The position numbers were made by a program, and so were the translations under genes. The notes below the pieces were generated by a model. The model saw only the letters and a program-made list of their open reading frames with translations. It did not search any database and was not told the DNA's origin. From Chiloscyllium plagiosum (lineage: Eukaryota), in the NCBI RefSeq assembly GCF_004010195.1, contig NC_057718.1:44304949-44357311 (forward strand): DNA of 52,363 nucleotides. Direction: 5' to 3'. This document shows positions 1 through 12,265 of the stretch, piece by piece; the stretch's first letter is position 1, and every line of letters starts with the position of its first letter.

Positions 1-9
1 ATGTACTTG

Positions 10-125
10 CTGGGCCTCACCAATTGCACCCATGTATCCACCAGTGTGCCCAGTGACTGCCTCTTCAAATTTATCAGCAGGAAAGACTTCCATTTCCTCA
101 AAGTCTATTTGTCTGCGACCATAAT
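10..125 (+). mobile_element. PIF/Harbinger transposase (DDE nuclease) remnant
   Basis: Translation NCTHVSTSVPSDCLFKFISRKDFHFLKVY..VCDH resembles the Harbinger motif IDCTHV..AP......F.NRKGFHSLNVQLVCDH. Confidence 0.6.
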
Positions 126-859
126 ATTAAGGTAACTGTTGTATCTCTGGTCTTTGTGCAAGAGGTAGAATTTGTTTTATTCATTTGCAGGATGGAAAGG
201 TTGCTGGCTAGGCAGCACTTATTGCCCACCCCTAATAGCCCAGAGGGCAGTTAAGGGTCAATTATGTTATTCATAAAGTTATGGCAGTGAACTGTTTTCT
301 GAATATTTTCCCTGGATTAATTGTCACACTGCCATCATGTGCTGATTAACAATGGATCAGTCTATTACTCTGCCAATCACATGGAGAGATGCAATAAAAA
401 CATGCAATGAAACTTCAGGAGAAATGTTTATCCAAATTAATGTGAAAGAAAGAAGAACTGGAGTGAATCATGCTGAACTGAAATAGAAGAGGGTGAAAAG
501 GGAGTTGAGGGGAAAAGATTGAGATCAGAACACAGAGTAGCATCACTCTGTTCAAACAATACTGACAGATTGTTCCTGAAAATATGAAAGAAATTGGTTA
601 TGCAGAGAAAGCTGTTCTGAAACCAAGCAATATCTTGGTAGAACCAAGATTTGACAGGTAGGAACAAATCAAATCAATGAGGCACAGAAAGGAAAAGAAG
701 CAAACTGAATATCCTATGCCATTGAAACCGATGGTCTTGCTTTCCTGGGGTTGCACAGCTGCAAAGATCTGCAACTGGTCTCAGTAAATCATAAGGTAAA
801 AGATCAAGATGGAAAGATCCATCATGTACTGTATAATACTACCAAAATAGAATCAGATG

Positions 860-1535
860 ACATATATTAGACCAACCAAGATGAAGAGTTACAGATGCTC
901 TCTCAGCAAGTGATCCAGAGATGGCCTGACAAGATACATCAACACAACAAGCAATATGGCCATACTGGTCTATCAGAGATAAAATCTCACTGGAAGGTAC
1001 CAGTCAGAATGAGAATAATCATTCCCAAAATGTTGCAGGAAGCATTCCTCTAAAACAAATATGAAGTCTACATGGGAACAGAGAATTGTTAACTCAAAGC
1101 CAAATCAGTTCTTTACTGCAAAATCTTCTCCATAAAAAATGCTGAAATAATAGTATCTACATGCAATGTATGCCAGAAGTGCAGAAATACACAACAGAAG
1201 GAAGAAATAATAGCTTCTAAAGTGCCATTAAGATCAAGGCATTCCATAGGAACAATTCAGTCACACGCAATCAAGAATAGTATCCTGTTATTGCAGACTT
1301 CTATTCAAAGTGTCATTTTATCCAAAAGGTGAAAGAACTGAGAGATACAAGTTACCTTAATATTATGAGTTTGATTCAGTGAGCATGTGATTTGTGAAAG
1401 AGTAATATATGTTATAAAATGCAAAGCAATTCACATCAAGAGAATGGAAGGCATTTGCTGAGCAGTATGTGTTCAACATCATCAGCTCATCCTCACATTA
1501 CTCAAGGGGAGAGCAGTTTATAGAAAGACATGTAC
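860..1535 (+). mobile_element. Degenerate Ty3/Gypsy pol (integrase region) remnant
   Basis: Frameshifted blocks DEELQMLSQQVIQRWP, YWSIRDKISLEG, RIIIPKMLQ...MGTENC*LKAKSVLY, CNVCQKCRNTQQKE, ADFYSK, FSEH, QFTSREWKAFAEQY...SSSHYSRGEQFIERHV follow the order of Gypsy zinc-binding and rve motifs. Confidence 0.75.
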
Positions 1536-1559
1536 TGTGGTCTTTTGGCATTTAAATAA

Positions 1560-2420
1560 TATTTAAGATCTCAACTATTCCTGCCAAAATGCATAAACTT
1601 ACACCTTCCCACATTATATTCTATCAGGTTAGTTTTTGTCCACTCACCTAAACTGCCATATCCCTCTGTAGACCCTGTGTCATCTTACCACTTGAGGAGA
1701 AAGTGAGGTCTGCAGATGCTGGAGATCAGAGCTGAAAATGTGTTGCTGGAAAAGCGCAGCAGGTCAGGCAGCATCCAGGGAACAGGAGAATCGATGTTTC
1801 GGGCATAAGAAGGGCTGAAGAAGGGCTTATGCCCGAAACGTCGATTCTCCTGTTCCCTGGATGCTGCCTGACCTGCTGCGCTTTTCCAGCAACACATTTT
1901 CAGCTCATCTTACCACTTGCCTTCCCACAATTTTTGTGGCATCTACAAACCTGGCTTTAGTACATTCACTTTCCTCATCCAAGTCACAAATTCATTGTAA
2001 ATAATTGTTGCCCCAGTATTGATCCCTGCAGCACTACACTTAACACAGATTGCCATCCTGAAAATGACCCCTTTATCTCAACTCTCTGTCTTTGTTAGTT
2101 CACCAGTTGTTTATCCTAATATATAATAAACTACCTTCAGCACCATGGAATCTTACCATTGTGTCCTAATTTTCATTACCTTGTCAAATGCTTTCTGGAA
2201 ATCCAAATATATCACATCCACAACATAGGAACAGAGAAGCAGGAAGAGGCCATTCAGCCCCTCAAGTCATTCAATGTGATCATGTCTGATTTCCCCTTTA
2301 TCTATCCTATTTGTTACTTCCTCAAAGAACTGTAATAAATTTATAGGGGATGAGTTTCCTTTCAGGAGGCTGTGCTGACTTAGCTTGATCATATTATATA
2401 ATTCTAAATGCTCTGCTTTT
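1560..2420 (-). mobile_element. Old CR1 LINE fragments (RT region), interrupted by a palindromic Penelope-terminus element
   Basis: Reverse strand shows degenerate SGVPQGS-like (~2015-2040) and FVD/FADD-like (~1938-1955) motifs plus CR1 tail-like sequence. Confidence 0.55.
1695..1906. mobile_element. Palindromic short Penelope-terminus (pLTR-like) element with hammerhead core motif
   Basis: 81-bp inverted arms at 1729-1809 and 1826-1906 with one mismatch. TSD atcttaccacttg at 1682-1694 and 1907-1919. CTGAAGA-A-GGGC-TTAT-GCCC-GAAAC-GTC at 1815-1842. Confidence 0.8.
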
Positions 2421-2789
2421 ACATCATATTAAGCACATACAGCCCTGCCACTACACAATTTAATAAAAGTCATTTCCTTGTAATTCTTTCATTGTGAGAT
2501 AAACAAAGCATGTGCAAAAAGCAAAAAGAAACTAATTTTGAAGGATCCACATGATTTTAATCAAAACCTATATGGTTATTTGAAGACTTTTCAAGGACTG
2601 CTCCTCCTTCAGTTGGCCATTGTAGTGCTTGTATTTCCTGGGGTAGGATAGGCTGTTTGTTGTGCCTTCCTATCTCTTCTCTGTTCTCAGGCTGCTGTTC
2701 ACTTTTCCTCTTCCTATTACACTACCATGTACTCTACCAATGACCACCTTATCCTTATTTTCCAACTACTCTCTCAATATTTATCATTC

Positions 2790-2975
2790 ACTCAACACCA
2801 GCAATAAAAAAACAGAATATTTGGTCATTATCACATTGCTGTTTGAGGGCTTGCTGTACACTTTTTAGTTGCTGCCTTTCCTGCATTATAAAAGCGATCA
2901 TTCTTCGAAAGCACCTCACTGGTTGTAAAGCACTTTGATAGTACCAGGCTCTATAAAAATGCCAATTATTTTCTT
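2790..2975 (+). mobile_element. Deu-domain SINE (SacSINE1/AmnSINE-like) fragment
   Basis: ggtcattatcacattgctgtttg...gctgcctttcctgcattat...ggttgtaaagcactttg resembles the DeuSINE core and tail as recalled; similar copies at ~6080 and ~17690. Confidence 0.5.
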
Positions 2976-3679
2976 TCTTCTCTTTTCCACTTTTATCACC
3001 ACAATATTGTTACTGCAAAATCTTTCCTCTCCATAAACTGGCCGTATGGATTTTCCACATTTGAGGAATTATGCTTCATCTTCAGTTGTGCCACAGTGAT
3101 GGGTCCCTGACCTGTACTGAATGTCTTTGGGTGAAGTTTATTTGTACTTCATGTGGTAACTTCTCTGCATTCACCTGAAGCTATTGGCATAAAGGCTAGG
3201 AAATGGGAAACACATTGTATGGCATATTCCATCAATTGAATATAATTATGACATTTACGTAACCTCACTTCTTCTAAAATACTGGAAATGGCGGAGGAAG
3301 CAGGAAACTGGTAAAACAGCTCCTAAAGAAGTTCTGTCATATTTTTAAAAGTCAACATGAGCCAGTGCACAACCTAAGCCGTACTGATTTGTTTCCTTAG
3401 ATACTACTCAGTTTTTAACTTCTGCTAACTTTATTGCAAAGTATTAAAGAGAACAAAATATTTGATTGACTCACTGTCTCAAGGCTGATTGGAAAGCATT
3501 CTCTTTTGAGATTAGAAATGTCCCCAAAACTTCAAAAAGAGAGAAATTATGCATGCTCTGCCTGCATATAAGTTTAACAATCATGAGGTCGTAGAACAGA
3601 AAGTATTGGAAATAAATCAATTTGTTCAAAGATGTGTTCTTTATCTAAACTAAACTTTGCTATTTTCTACATGTCAATG

Positions 3680-3865
3680 GAAGGAAGTGCAAATTGAAGC
3701 TTGCATGACCGTTGGTTATGCTTCCAGCGAATGGGCCTAAGCACAAACTCTAAAAGCTCACCTATTATGCAACCCAGGCCTGTCACTGAGCTGCAGACTG
3801 ACAGAAAAGGAGTGTTTTTAATATCATGGAGTAAGCCCACACAGCCCAATAGTGAAATATTGTGT
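3680..3865 (+). pseudogene. USH2A: Usherin (USH2A) pseudo-exon, 5' part of the exon homologous to human exon 64 (FN3 repeat)
   Basis: Manual translation from 3681 gives KEVQIEACMTVGYASSEWA*AQTLKA, then a 1-bp frameshift at ~3759, then PIMQPRPVTELQTDRKGVFLISWSKPTQPNSEILC. This matches recalled human YEIRIQACTTLGCASSDWTFIQTPEIAPLMQPPPHLEVQ...SLLWTGPLQPNGKVLY. Stop TAA at 3738-3740; the expected acceptor AG reads TG (3678-3679). Confidence 0.88.
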
Positions 3866-3871
3866 ATTTAT

Positions 3872-5298
3872 GGGTGAGGTGCCTGATGACTGGAGGGTAG
3901 CTAATGTTGTACCTTTGTTTAAGAAAGGTTGTAAGGAGAAACTGGGGAACCATAGACCTGTGAGTCTGACTTCAGTTGTGGGTAGATTGTTGGAGGTGAT
4001 CATAAAAGATAGGATTTAAGGACTTTTAGAGAAGCAAAAATCGATTAGGGATAGTCAGCATGGTTTTGTGTAAGGAAAATCATGCCTCACAAACTTGATT
4101 GAGGTTTTTGAGGCAATTACCAAAAAGGCTGATGATGGCAGAGCAGTAGGCGTTATTTATTTGGATCTTAGTGAAGCCTTTGACCAGGTTCCACACGATA
4201 GACTAATTAGTAAAATTAGATCACATGGGATTCAGAATACATAATTGCTTAATGGCTGGAGACAGAGAAAAATGGTGGAGGATTGCTTTTCGGACTGGAG
4301 ACCTGTGTCCAGCAGCATTCCACAGAAATCGGTTCTGGGTCCTCTTTTGTTTGTCATTTATGTAAATGATTTGGATGAAAACATAGAAGGCATGGTTAGT
4401 AACTTTGTAGATGACACAAAATTGGTGATATAGCAGCTAGTGAAGAAGATTATCAAAGATTACAAAGGGATCTTGATCAAAAGGGTCAATGGGCTGAAAA
4501 ATGGCAGATGGAGTTCAATCTGGACAAATGCAAGATATTGCATTTTGTATAACAAACAAGGATACAGTTTATACAATTAATGCTAGGGCCTTGGGAAGTG
4601 TTGTAGAACAGAGGGACCTAGGTGTGCAGATACATAATTCTTTAAAGTTTGCAATATATAGTCAGGTTGGTCAAAAAGGCATTTGGCACACTTGCCTTCA
4701 TTGCTCAGTCCTTTGACGATAGGAGTTGGGAAGTCATGCTGAAGTTGTACAGGACCTTCTTGGGGCCTCTTCTGCAATATTGTGTCCAGTTCTGGTAGCC
4801 TAGTTATAGGAAGGATATTATCAAGCTGAGGAGAGTTCGGAAGATATTTGCCAGGATGTTGCCAGATATGAAAGGTCTGCGTTATAAAGAAAGGCTGGAT
4901 AGGCTCGGACTTTTTCACTCGAGCATAACAGGTTGAGAGGCGACCTGATAGAAGTTCATAAAATAATGAGAGGTACAAATAGAGTTGATGGTAGTTGTCT
5001 TTTCCCTAAGATGGGGACTTTCAAGACTAGGGAGCACATTTTTAAGGTAAGGGGAGAGAGATTTTAACAAGACATATAAGGCAAATATTTTACACAGAGG
5101 GTGATTCGCATGTGGAATGAACCTCCTGAAGAAGTGGTGGATGCGGGTACAATGACAACATATAAAAACATTATAGGAAAGGTTTGGAGGGATATTGACC
5201 AGGAGCAGGCAGGTGGAACCAGTTTAGTTTGGGATTATGTTCGGCATGGACCAGTTGGACCGAGAGGTCTATTTCCATGCTGTATAACTCTTTGACTC
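3872..5298 (+). mobile_element. 5'-truncated CR1 LINE (RT domain plus 3' UTR) inserted within the USH2A pseudo-exon
   Basis: DWRVANVVPLFKKG...RPVSLTSVVG, QHGF, PQKSVLGPLLFVIYVNDLD, FVDDTK, YCVQFW, and a 3' tail ...ccatgctgtataactctttgactcta; multiple stops and frameshifts. Confidence 0.93.
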
Positions 5299-5424
5299 TA
5301 TCAACTATACAGAAGAAAAGAAATGCATTCCTCAAGGGATATAGCATTGGTTTTTATTTACAATGGTTCCTCCATGTTATTTCCAGATACAATGTTACTT
5401 CCTTAAACTGCATATTAATATCAG
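5299..5424 (+). pseudogene. USH2A: USH2A pseudo-exon, 3' part of the exon-64 homologue (resumes after the CR1 insertion)
   Basis: Translation YQLYRRKEMHSSRDIALVFIYNGSSMLFPDTMLLP*TAY*YQ, then GT donor at 5425. Matches recalled human YELYRRQIATQPRKSNPVLIYNGSSTSFIDSELLPFTEYEYQ with the same phase-0 boundary. Stops TAA at 5404 and 5416. Confidence 0.9.
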
Positions 5425-6079
5425 GTAAAAAGCACTTCTTAAAACAAAAATCAGAAGCATTGTCATTTGAATGTTGACTCCATATATTTTGCATGTTTCA
5501 TTTAGCACTAATTAAAATAAGGTCTTCTACATCAGGTGCCTTGAACGCCTACAAAGTGGAGAAATGAAGATCAGACGCATAAACATTAAATGTCTTCTTC
5601 AAAAAAAAACTTGGTTCTAAAAATCACCATCACAAAGGTAGCCAGATTGTCAAAGATCTCTCTCAGGAACTATCTGATTCCTTGATGTATTTATTTTATG
5701 GCAATTTGTTTTCTTTGTTCTCAGGTGCAAAATATAAAATGTTCTTCTTCTTTGTAGGAAGGAATTAGAAACAGACCATAAAAACCTGAGATCAGTAATC
5801 CTATTATTGATTGTACCATAGCTCATATAAAACAGAAAATGAAAAATATTGAAAAATGAGAGACATTGTAGCATCTTAATCTCAACAACATGCTCTGTGT
5901 TGATTAATTTGTCTTCAGGACAAATTGGTTGCCTTTTAATGCTTGCAAACTCATGATCTAGATAGGGAATGATTTTATGTCCAGTGCAATATTAATGCAG
6001 TCTTTCTTGATATTTCTTGAACATTGAAAAGGGTTGTAGCATCTCTGGTTCATTGAGAACATGTTATTTTGTGACAAGT

Positions 6080-6245
6080 CTCAGCAATATTTATCCTTTA
6101 ATCAATATAAAACTAAAACATATTTCTGATCATTATATAGCTTCGCTGTTTGTAAGAGTAGCTGTGTGCAAATTGGCTGACATGTTTCCCATGCTGATTA
6201 CTTTTCCAGAGATCTTAGTTGGTGGTACAGCACTTTGAGACATCC
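6080..6245 (+). mobile_element. Deu-domain SINE fragment
   Basis: gctgtttgtaagagtagctgtgtgcaaattggctg...cagcactttgagacatcc, similar to the copy at 2790-2975. Confidence 0.45.
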
Positions 6246-6260
6246 ACACAAAAAAAATGT

Positions 6261-6437
6261 TTTTTTTTTAAAGTCTGGTTATTTCTGAATTCTCAGACAA
6301 TACAACTACTGGGTCATGAGAACTGAATGTTCATCACAAAAAATAATATAAAATGAAAATCTATTTTTTTAAAGTCTGGTTATTTTTGAATTCTCAGACA
6401 ATACAACTATTGGGTCATGAGAACTGAATGTTCATCA
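6261..6437. repeat. Direct duplication of ~75 bp (period ~101 bp) abutting an assembly gap
   Basis: aaagtctggttatttYtgaattctcagacaatacaacta(c/t)tgggtcatgagaactgaatgttcatca occurs twice; the second copy ends at the N-run. Confidence 0.85.
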
Positions 6438-6855
6438 NNNNNNNNNNNNNNNNNNNNNNNNNNNNNNNNNNNNNNNNNNNNNNNNNNNNNNNNNNNNNNN
6501 NNNNNNNNNNNNNNNNNNNNNNNNNNNNNNNNNNNNNNNNNNNNNNNNNNNNNNNNNNNNNNNNNNNNNNNNNNNNNNNNNNNNNNNNNNNNNNNNNNNN
6601 NNNNNNNNNNNNNNNNNNNNNNNNNNNNNNNNNNNNNNNNNNNNNNNNNNNNNNNNNNNNNNNNNNNNNNNNNNNNNNNNNNNNNNNNNNNNNNNNNNNN
6701 NNNNNNNNNNNNNNNNNNNNNNNNNNNNNNNNNNNNNNNNNNNNNNNNNNNNNNNNNNNNNNNNNNNNNNNNNNNNNNNNNNNNNNNNNNNNNNNNNNNN
6801 NNNNNNNNNNNNNNNNNNNNNNNNNNNNNNNNNNGGAGGAGGCAGGAAAAGGGAT

Positions 6856-7250
6856 TGTGGTTAAATTTTATATAATTGTTTAATTTATTGTGTAATGAGT
6901 TAAATAAGGGGAAAGCAAACTTGGGCAGAGTGTAGTAAGACGTTCCCTAAGGCAGTTTGCTTGGAACGATTAACTTGGAGGTTCGGGAATATCTCTGCCT
7001 GCTGATATATAAATGATGGTCTCTGGGAGGAGCTAGTCAGTTTGTTGTTTGTTTTCAGTTCTACAGTCCACAGCCATAATGCATAGAGCCATTTACTACT
7101 TCTTTAGAGATAATGTCTCTTTCTAGGGTTAATGTAGTTAACTAGCCTTAAGCTTTTAAAATTTATTTTGCAGTATGTAATAAACTTCACCTTGATAATA
7201 AATTGTATGCCTCCTCCTCTGAAGACTTCTTTGTGGTTAACTCTTCACCA
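6856..7250 (+). mobile_element. Possible LTR (3' or solo) of an LTR retroelement
   Basis: Purine tract ggagaggcaggaaaaggga immediately precedes TG...; internal TATA-like gatatataaa (~7003) and AATAAA (~7179); ends ...cacCA. Confidence 0.35.
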
Positions 7251-8273
7251 CTTAATGCTAGTAAGCCTTGTAAATAGATATTAAAGCAAGAAGTAATGGC
7301 AACAACAACAAAGAAGATCCTACCATAACCAACAGCCACAAGCACCTCTTACAACATCCTCATCTCCAATGCCTAAAGATATATAAGGTCAGAATTAATA
7401 ATGGCCACATTCTGTGTTGCAATTACTAAATCAGTCACTTTGTTAAAAGAAAGATCACTTTCATGTTGACTACACCTATTCTATAAAGGGTGCATTATGG
7501 TAATTAATACATACATTTCTCTCTTTATATTGAGGCCCACATCTAGTGACAAAAAATCATAAAGATGACCGGAAAAGCTCGTCAAAGAATTTAATCTTCT
7601 ATAAATTGGACTTAACTCTAAAATTAAATTATTGAAATCCTATCTGGAAGGATTCAGTTTTTTAAAAAAACTCCTGAATTCTGTACAATCCAAAATCATA
7701 ACCGTACTGAAAAGAATAAAGATGTTCTACTCTGTGGCAGAATATAGTAACTGCGACATCGGGACTCTACCTTTTTTATGCAGAAACCCAGATCTATGAA
7801 GAGAGACAGAAGCTAACTTAAAGTTGTTGAAGTATGAAATGTTTCCATTATCAGCTAAATGCAAATTTTCTAATTCTTCCTTTGCTCCAAAAACCAATAT
7901 AAATCAAATTTATGAAACACACAAAAGGAACATGGCTGATCATTTACCTGATTTTCTCGCCTTATCTCTATGTCACTATCCATATCCTAGTGTCCAGAAA
8001 CACATTGAGCACGTTCAAGACAAAACTCAATGATTAAGTTTCCACTGCCCTCACAGTAGAAAATGCCAAAGATTCCTCATCCTCTGAGTAAAGAAATGCC
8101 TCCATGTCTTAATTCATCCACCTTTTATTCTGAGATTATGCCCCAATTATATCCCCATCCAGATGAAACATCACATTTAAATCCACCCTTCAGGCACTAA
8201 AAGATTTTGCAAATTTCAATGTGATCGCCTCTCGCCTTCAAAACTGAAAAATATGCAGGTCTGATTTTATCAA

Positions 8274-8428
8274 GTTAAAAATCACACAACACCAGGTTAT
8301 AGTCCAATAGGTTTAATTGGACTCCTTCTTCAGGTGGTTGTCCGTTCCGAAAGCTAGTGGGCTTTAACCTGGTGTTGTGTGATTTTTAACTTTGTGCACC
8401 CCAGTCCAACACCAGCATCTCCAAATCA
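8274..8428. mobile_element. Second family of palindromic short Penelope-terminus-like element (internally deleted copy)
   Basis: Inverted arms aaaaatcacacaacaccaggtta / taacctggtgttgtgtgattttt; 12-bp TSD tgattttatcaa at 8262-8273 and 8429-8440; same family as 42756-42976. Confidence 0.75.
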
Positions 8429-9245
8429 TGATTTTATCAATCTCTCCTCATAAGATGAACCCACCATCCCAGGACTTATTTTAGTGGGCCTCCATTGCTC
8501 TCCTCTACGGCAAATGCATCTTTTACTAGTTAAGTGACCAAAACTATACTTAATACTCAAGGTGCAGTCTCACCAAGATATATAATTGCAGCAAAACTCC
8601 TTTACTGCTGTACTCAAATCTCCATGCACTGAAGACTAACAAAACATTTGTCTTTCTAATTGCTGACTGTACCTCTATGCTACCTTTTAGTGATTGATGA
8701 AAAAAGACATTTGAGTCCCTTTTGACATCAACACTTCCCAATCTCTCAACATTTCAGAAATATCCTGTCTTTCTGGTTTTTTTGCACCACGTTAACACAT
8801 ATTCACAGTAGAATGCATCTGTCATATTCATCCTTATTCACATAGTCTGTCCAAGTGTCATTGAAATCTTCTTGCATCCTCCTTGTAACTTAAATTATCA
8901 CCTAGTTTTGTGCCATCAGCAAACTTGGGAAATATTACATTCGGTCCTCAAGTCTAAGTCATTTATATAGATTTGGAACAGCCATGGTTCTAGCACTGAT
9001 TTATGTTGTACTCCACGAGTAACAGCCAGACATCATGACAACTTCCTGTTCATTCCTAAACTATGATTATATTTTTCTCTGTTAATCAAATCTCAATCCA
9101 TAAGTTTATCAACACTATTCTGTGTGTTCTAACTTTATCTAAAAATCTTTTCTGTGGGACCTTATCAAAAGCTTTCTGAAAATCCAAATACAACCACATC
9201 CATTAATTCTCCTTTATCTATATAGCAAGTAACAATTTCAAATTA

Positions 9246-9398
9246 CAGAGGAAACTTGATTATCCGAAAGACACAGTTAATTGAATTCCGAATAGTGAAA
9301 TGCTAGAAAACATAGTTTAGCCAAGCATCGGCACATTGTGATCTTGCTGAATAATCTGTTATTCGGATAATCGAATGCAGGATAATGAAATTCTTCTG
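9246..9398. mobile_element. Tc1/mariner (Tigger-like) MITE
   Basis: TA|CAGAGGAAACTTGATTATCC ... GGATAATGAAATTCTTCTG|TA: imperfect TIRs with TA duplication, inserted in the CR1. Confidence 0.7.
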
Positions 9399-11104
9399 TA
9401 CTCCAATAGGTTTGTCGAACATAATTTCCCTTACATATTTCCATGTTTACTCTGCTCAACAATAGTATTTTCCAAGTTTCTATAATCATACCTTTAATTG
9501 TTTTAAACGTTTTCTCTTCTACCAAATGCAAACTCACATGTTTGTAATTCTCCATTTTCTCTCTCCCTTCCTTTTCACAAAATGAGATTACACTTGCTAT
9601 TTCCAGTCTACAGGGAACTTTCCAGAATCTAAAGGATATTGAAAGATAACTAAGAGTGTACCCATTAATTCTATTGCTACCACTTTCAACTCTCTGTGAT
9701 GTAGCTTATCTGTTCCAGTGGATTTGTCAACCATCAATCCAGTTAATTTTACTCGTACTAACTCTTAAATATTATTAATTTTATTCAAATTCCTCATTTT
9801 CACAAGTCCTTAGCTTTCTGAGCATTCCTGAGAGATTTTCCATATCAATCTCTATGAAGATGAATATAAACTAATTGTTTTGTTTCTTTGCCCTTTCTCT
9901 GTTCTCCATTACACATGTTCCTGCCTCCACCAATAATTGAACCACGATATTCCTTGCTAGTATTTTCCTTTTCCACAAACTTAAAGAAGCTTTTACAGTT
10001 CACCTTTATCATTCATGCTAGCTTACATTCATGTTCTCTTTTCCCTCTATCAGTTTCTTGGTCACCATTTGCTGGATTCTAAAATGATCTCAATCCTTGG
10101 GTTTACCACTTTTTCTGGCAAATGTGAGAAATTGTTTGATCTAATGCAATCTTTAACTTTTTGTAAGCTAGTTGACTCACCTTTACTGTTGGGTTTCTGT
10201 GGTAGGAGTAATGCATTTTTTTTGTAAGTCATCCAATGCTTCTTACTATCATCTTTTTGTTTATTTTCCAATTCATCACAGCAATTTGTCTCATCTTTAT
10301 TATACTCTTCTGTCAGGCTGAATCCTGCTGTATGCTATTCAGTGCATAAGTAAAACTATGTTTAGTCTATATTATGCTGTTAAATCTTCAGACAGTGGAT
10401 TAGTCCAGATGCTGTAAATCTTAAATAATACTGTCATAATTGGCCCTTAACTGACCTGTTCATAAATAGATTTGTGCAGTGGACAATTAACCTCCTTTTT
10501 TTTCTGTTGCAGATAACATAACTCAAACCATTGAAATCTGCAAGTATCAATTAAACCTGAAATACAGTAACCTGCAATAATCATAATCATTTTGATATTT
10601 ATTTTGATTGCAACTCCCTTTGTATTTAGCTTTTAATATTTAATATGGACAAAGCTGAATTTGTAAAATAATGTATTATAAACTAGAATTAATAAAATAT
10701 CAGGCAAGTGGATAAACTGTTGCATCACTTTTAAAATATTTTAAAAATACCCTTGTAGATGTCAAGCCTTTCCCAGAAGAGTTTGGGTAATTTTCTGACT
10801 AAGGTGGTTAAAGGTGCAGGGGAAAATTGGATTAAATCCATTTTCTAGCACACCACTCATGATGCACAATTACCTAATGCCAGATTTCATTGAGGCGATT
10901 GGCACAAGCCCATGAGGAACCTGTTGATGACTGACTGCAAACGTGGAAGAGAATCCAGCAGTGTGTGTGTGTGGCCAGTGCATACTTCAGTTACCTGGAC
11001 ATCTTAAGCGCAGCTTCTCCTTCGAGAAAGGAAGTAGCATTATTTACTCAGAAACTGCTATTGACTGTCTATGAGGAAACTGGTAATACAAAGAAGCCTA
11101 CCAA

Positions 11105-11315
11105 ATGGAGCCACGGTCCAGGGAGAGGACTCACAGGTTTTCTGATGTGGCACTGGATTCATCAGTGCAGAAGGTGGAAGGAAGGGAGAAGCAATGTTTC
11201 TGAAGGTAGCAAGGTGACCCTCAAGACAAACCCTGAGAAGGAAATGGGAGCAGCTGGCCAAGGAAGTTAATTCTCCAAGAGATAACCTTAGAATTCTTGA
11301 GTGGTGACAGAAGCC
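11105..11315 (+). mobile_element. Harbinger Myb/SANT-like ORF remnant
   Basis: MEPRSRERTHRFSDVALDSSVQKVE, then after a frameshift EAMFLKVAR*PSRQTLRRKWEQLAKEVNS; resembles the Harbinger DNA-binding ORF pattern (RFSD.ALE.L...W..VA.EV). Confidence 0.5.
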
Positions 11316-12265
11316 TGTAAGTCTTAAACATGTGGTTAAATGACTTCATTTTCACATGACATCTCTTAATCATCATTCCACCTAACCTCATGATGCTCAA
11401 TATACCTTATCACCATCACCTCCCTATCAGGAATGTCCAGCAATCTGAATTCAGGCCTAACATTCAGATACTCCATTTTATGCTTATGTACTTTACAATT
11501 CTGCCAACCTCAAACTGCCCTCTTGCTGTTTCCACATGTCTCCAGTTATTGATCCAAGACAGGTACAACACCCAAAGACATTTCAGACAATAATAAGCAT
11601 TCTTCCTTGTCTCTTGGAGGACAATGTGTCCAAGAACAAAGGGAGTCAAATAGATCCAGATCAGGACAGGCACACCTCCACTAACAGAGGCCTATGGAGA
11701 AGATGGTACTCCCCATCATGGGATGACTGATGCCATTGAATCTGGCACTGTCAAGAATAGTCAAGATGATGATGCTGCTTTTCAAATCATACCTCACCCT
11801 CATCCTTACTTCTGACAGGAAGTGCAAGCCGTAGATAGGGTGACCATGCACCTCTAGCTTTCCAACCCTTTCATTAACCCACTCTTCTTTTCTGCTTGTG
11901 AATTTCCAAATAGCCAAGAACTACCATCCAGGAACCCACTGTAGCTTCATGTGTAGTTCAGGATCTACACCTGACTAAGGGTTGAGTTACAATGGCTAGC
12001 TCAGATACAGTGTGGTACATAACTTCGAAGGTGATATAGAAATGGGGACCTGCATGGATGGAGTCACTGGGCACAAACAGGCTTCAGCCAGTCTACAGAG
12101 AAAGGAGGGTTAGTGTGCCAAACCATCAGACAGTGTGTTCTCAGGCAAGGAGTCCCAGACAAGGAATGTCAGGTGAGGACTACAATTGGGTGATGTACAG
12201 GAGATCATTGATAGTCACATACACCAAAATGCTTGGTGCACTGATAGATCTGCCAGATAGGGAAG

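Larger units (their letters stand above)
7930..10260 (-). mobile_element. Old degenerate CR1 LINE with nested insertions
   Basis: Reverse-strand CR1 motifs: LVRLHLEY, KFAD (~8915-8928), DFQKAFDKVP (~9155-9185), plus upstream ORF2 debris. Confidence 0.75.

Noticed and set aside
6261..6437. Duplication as a functional repeat array
   Set aside because: Only two copies are visible and they abut a gap; cannot be told apart from a local tandem repeat or an assembly overlap.
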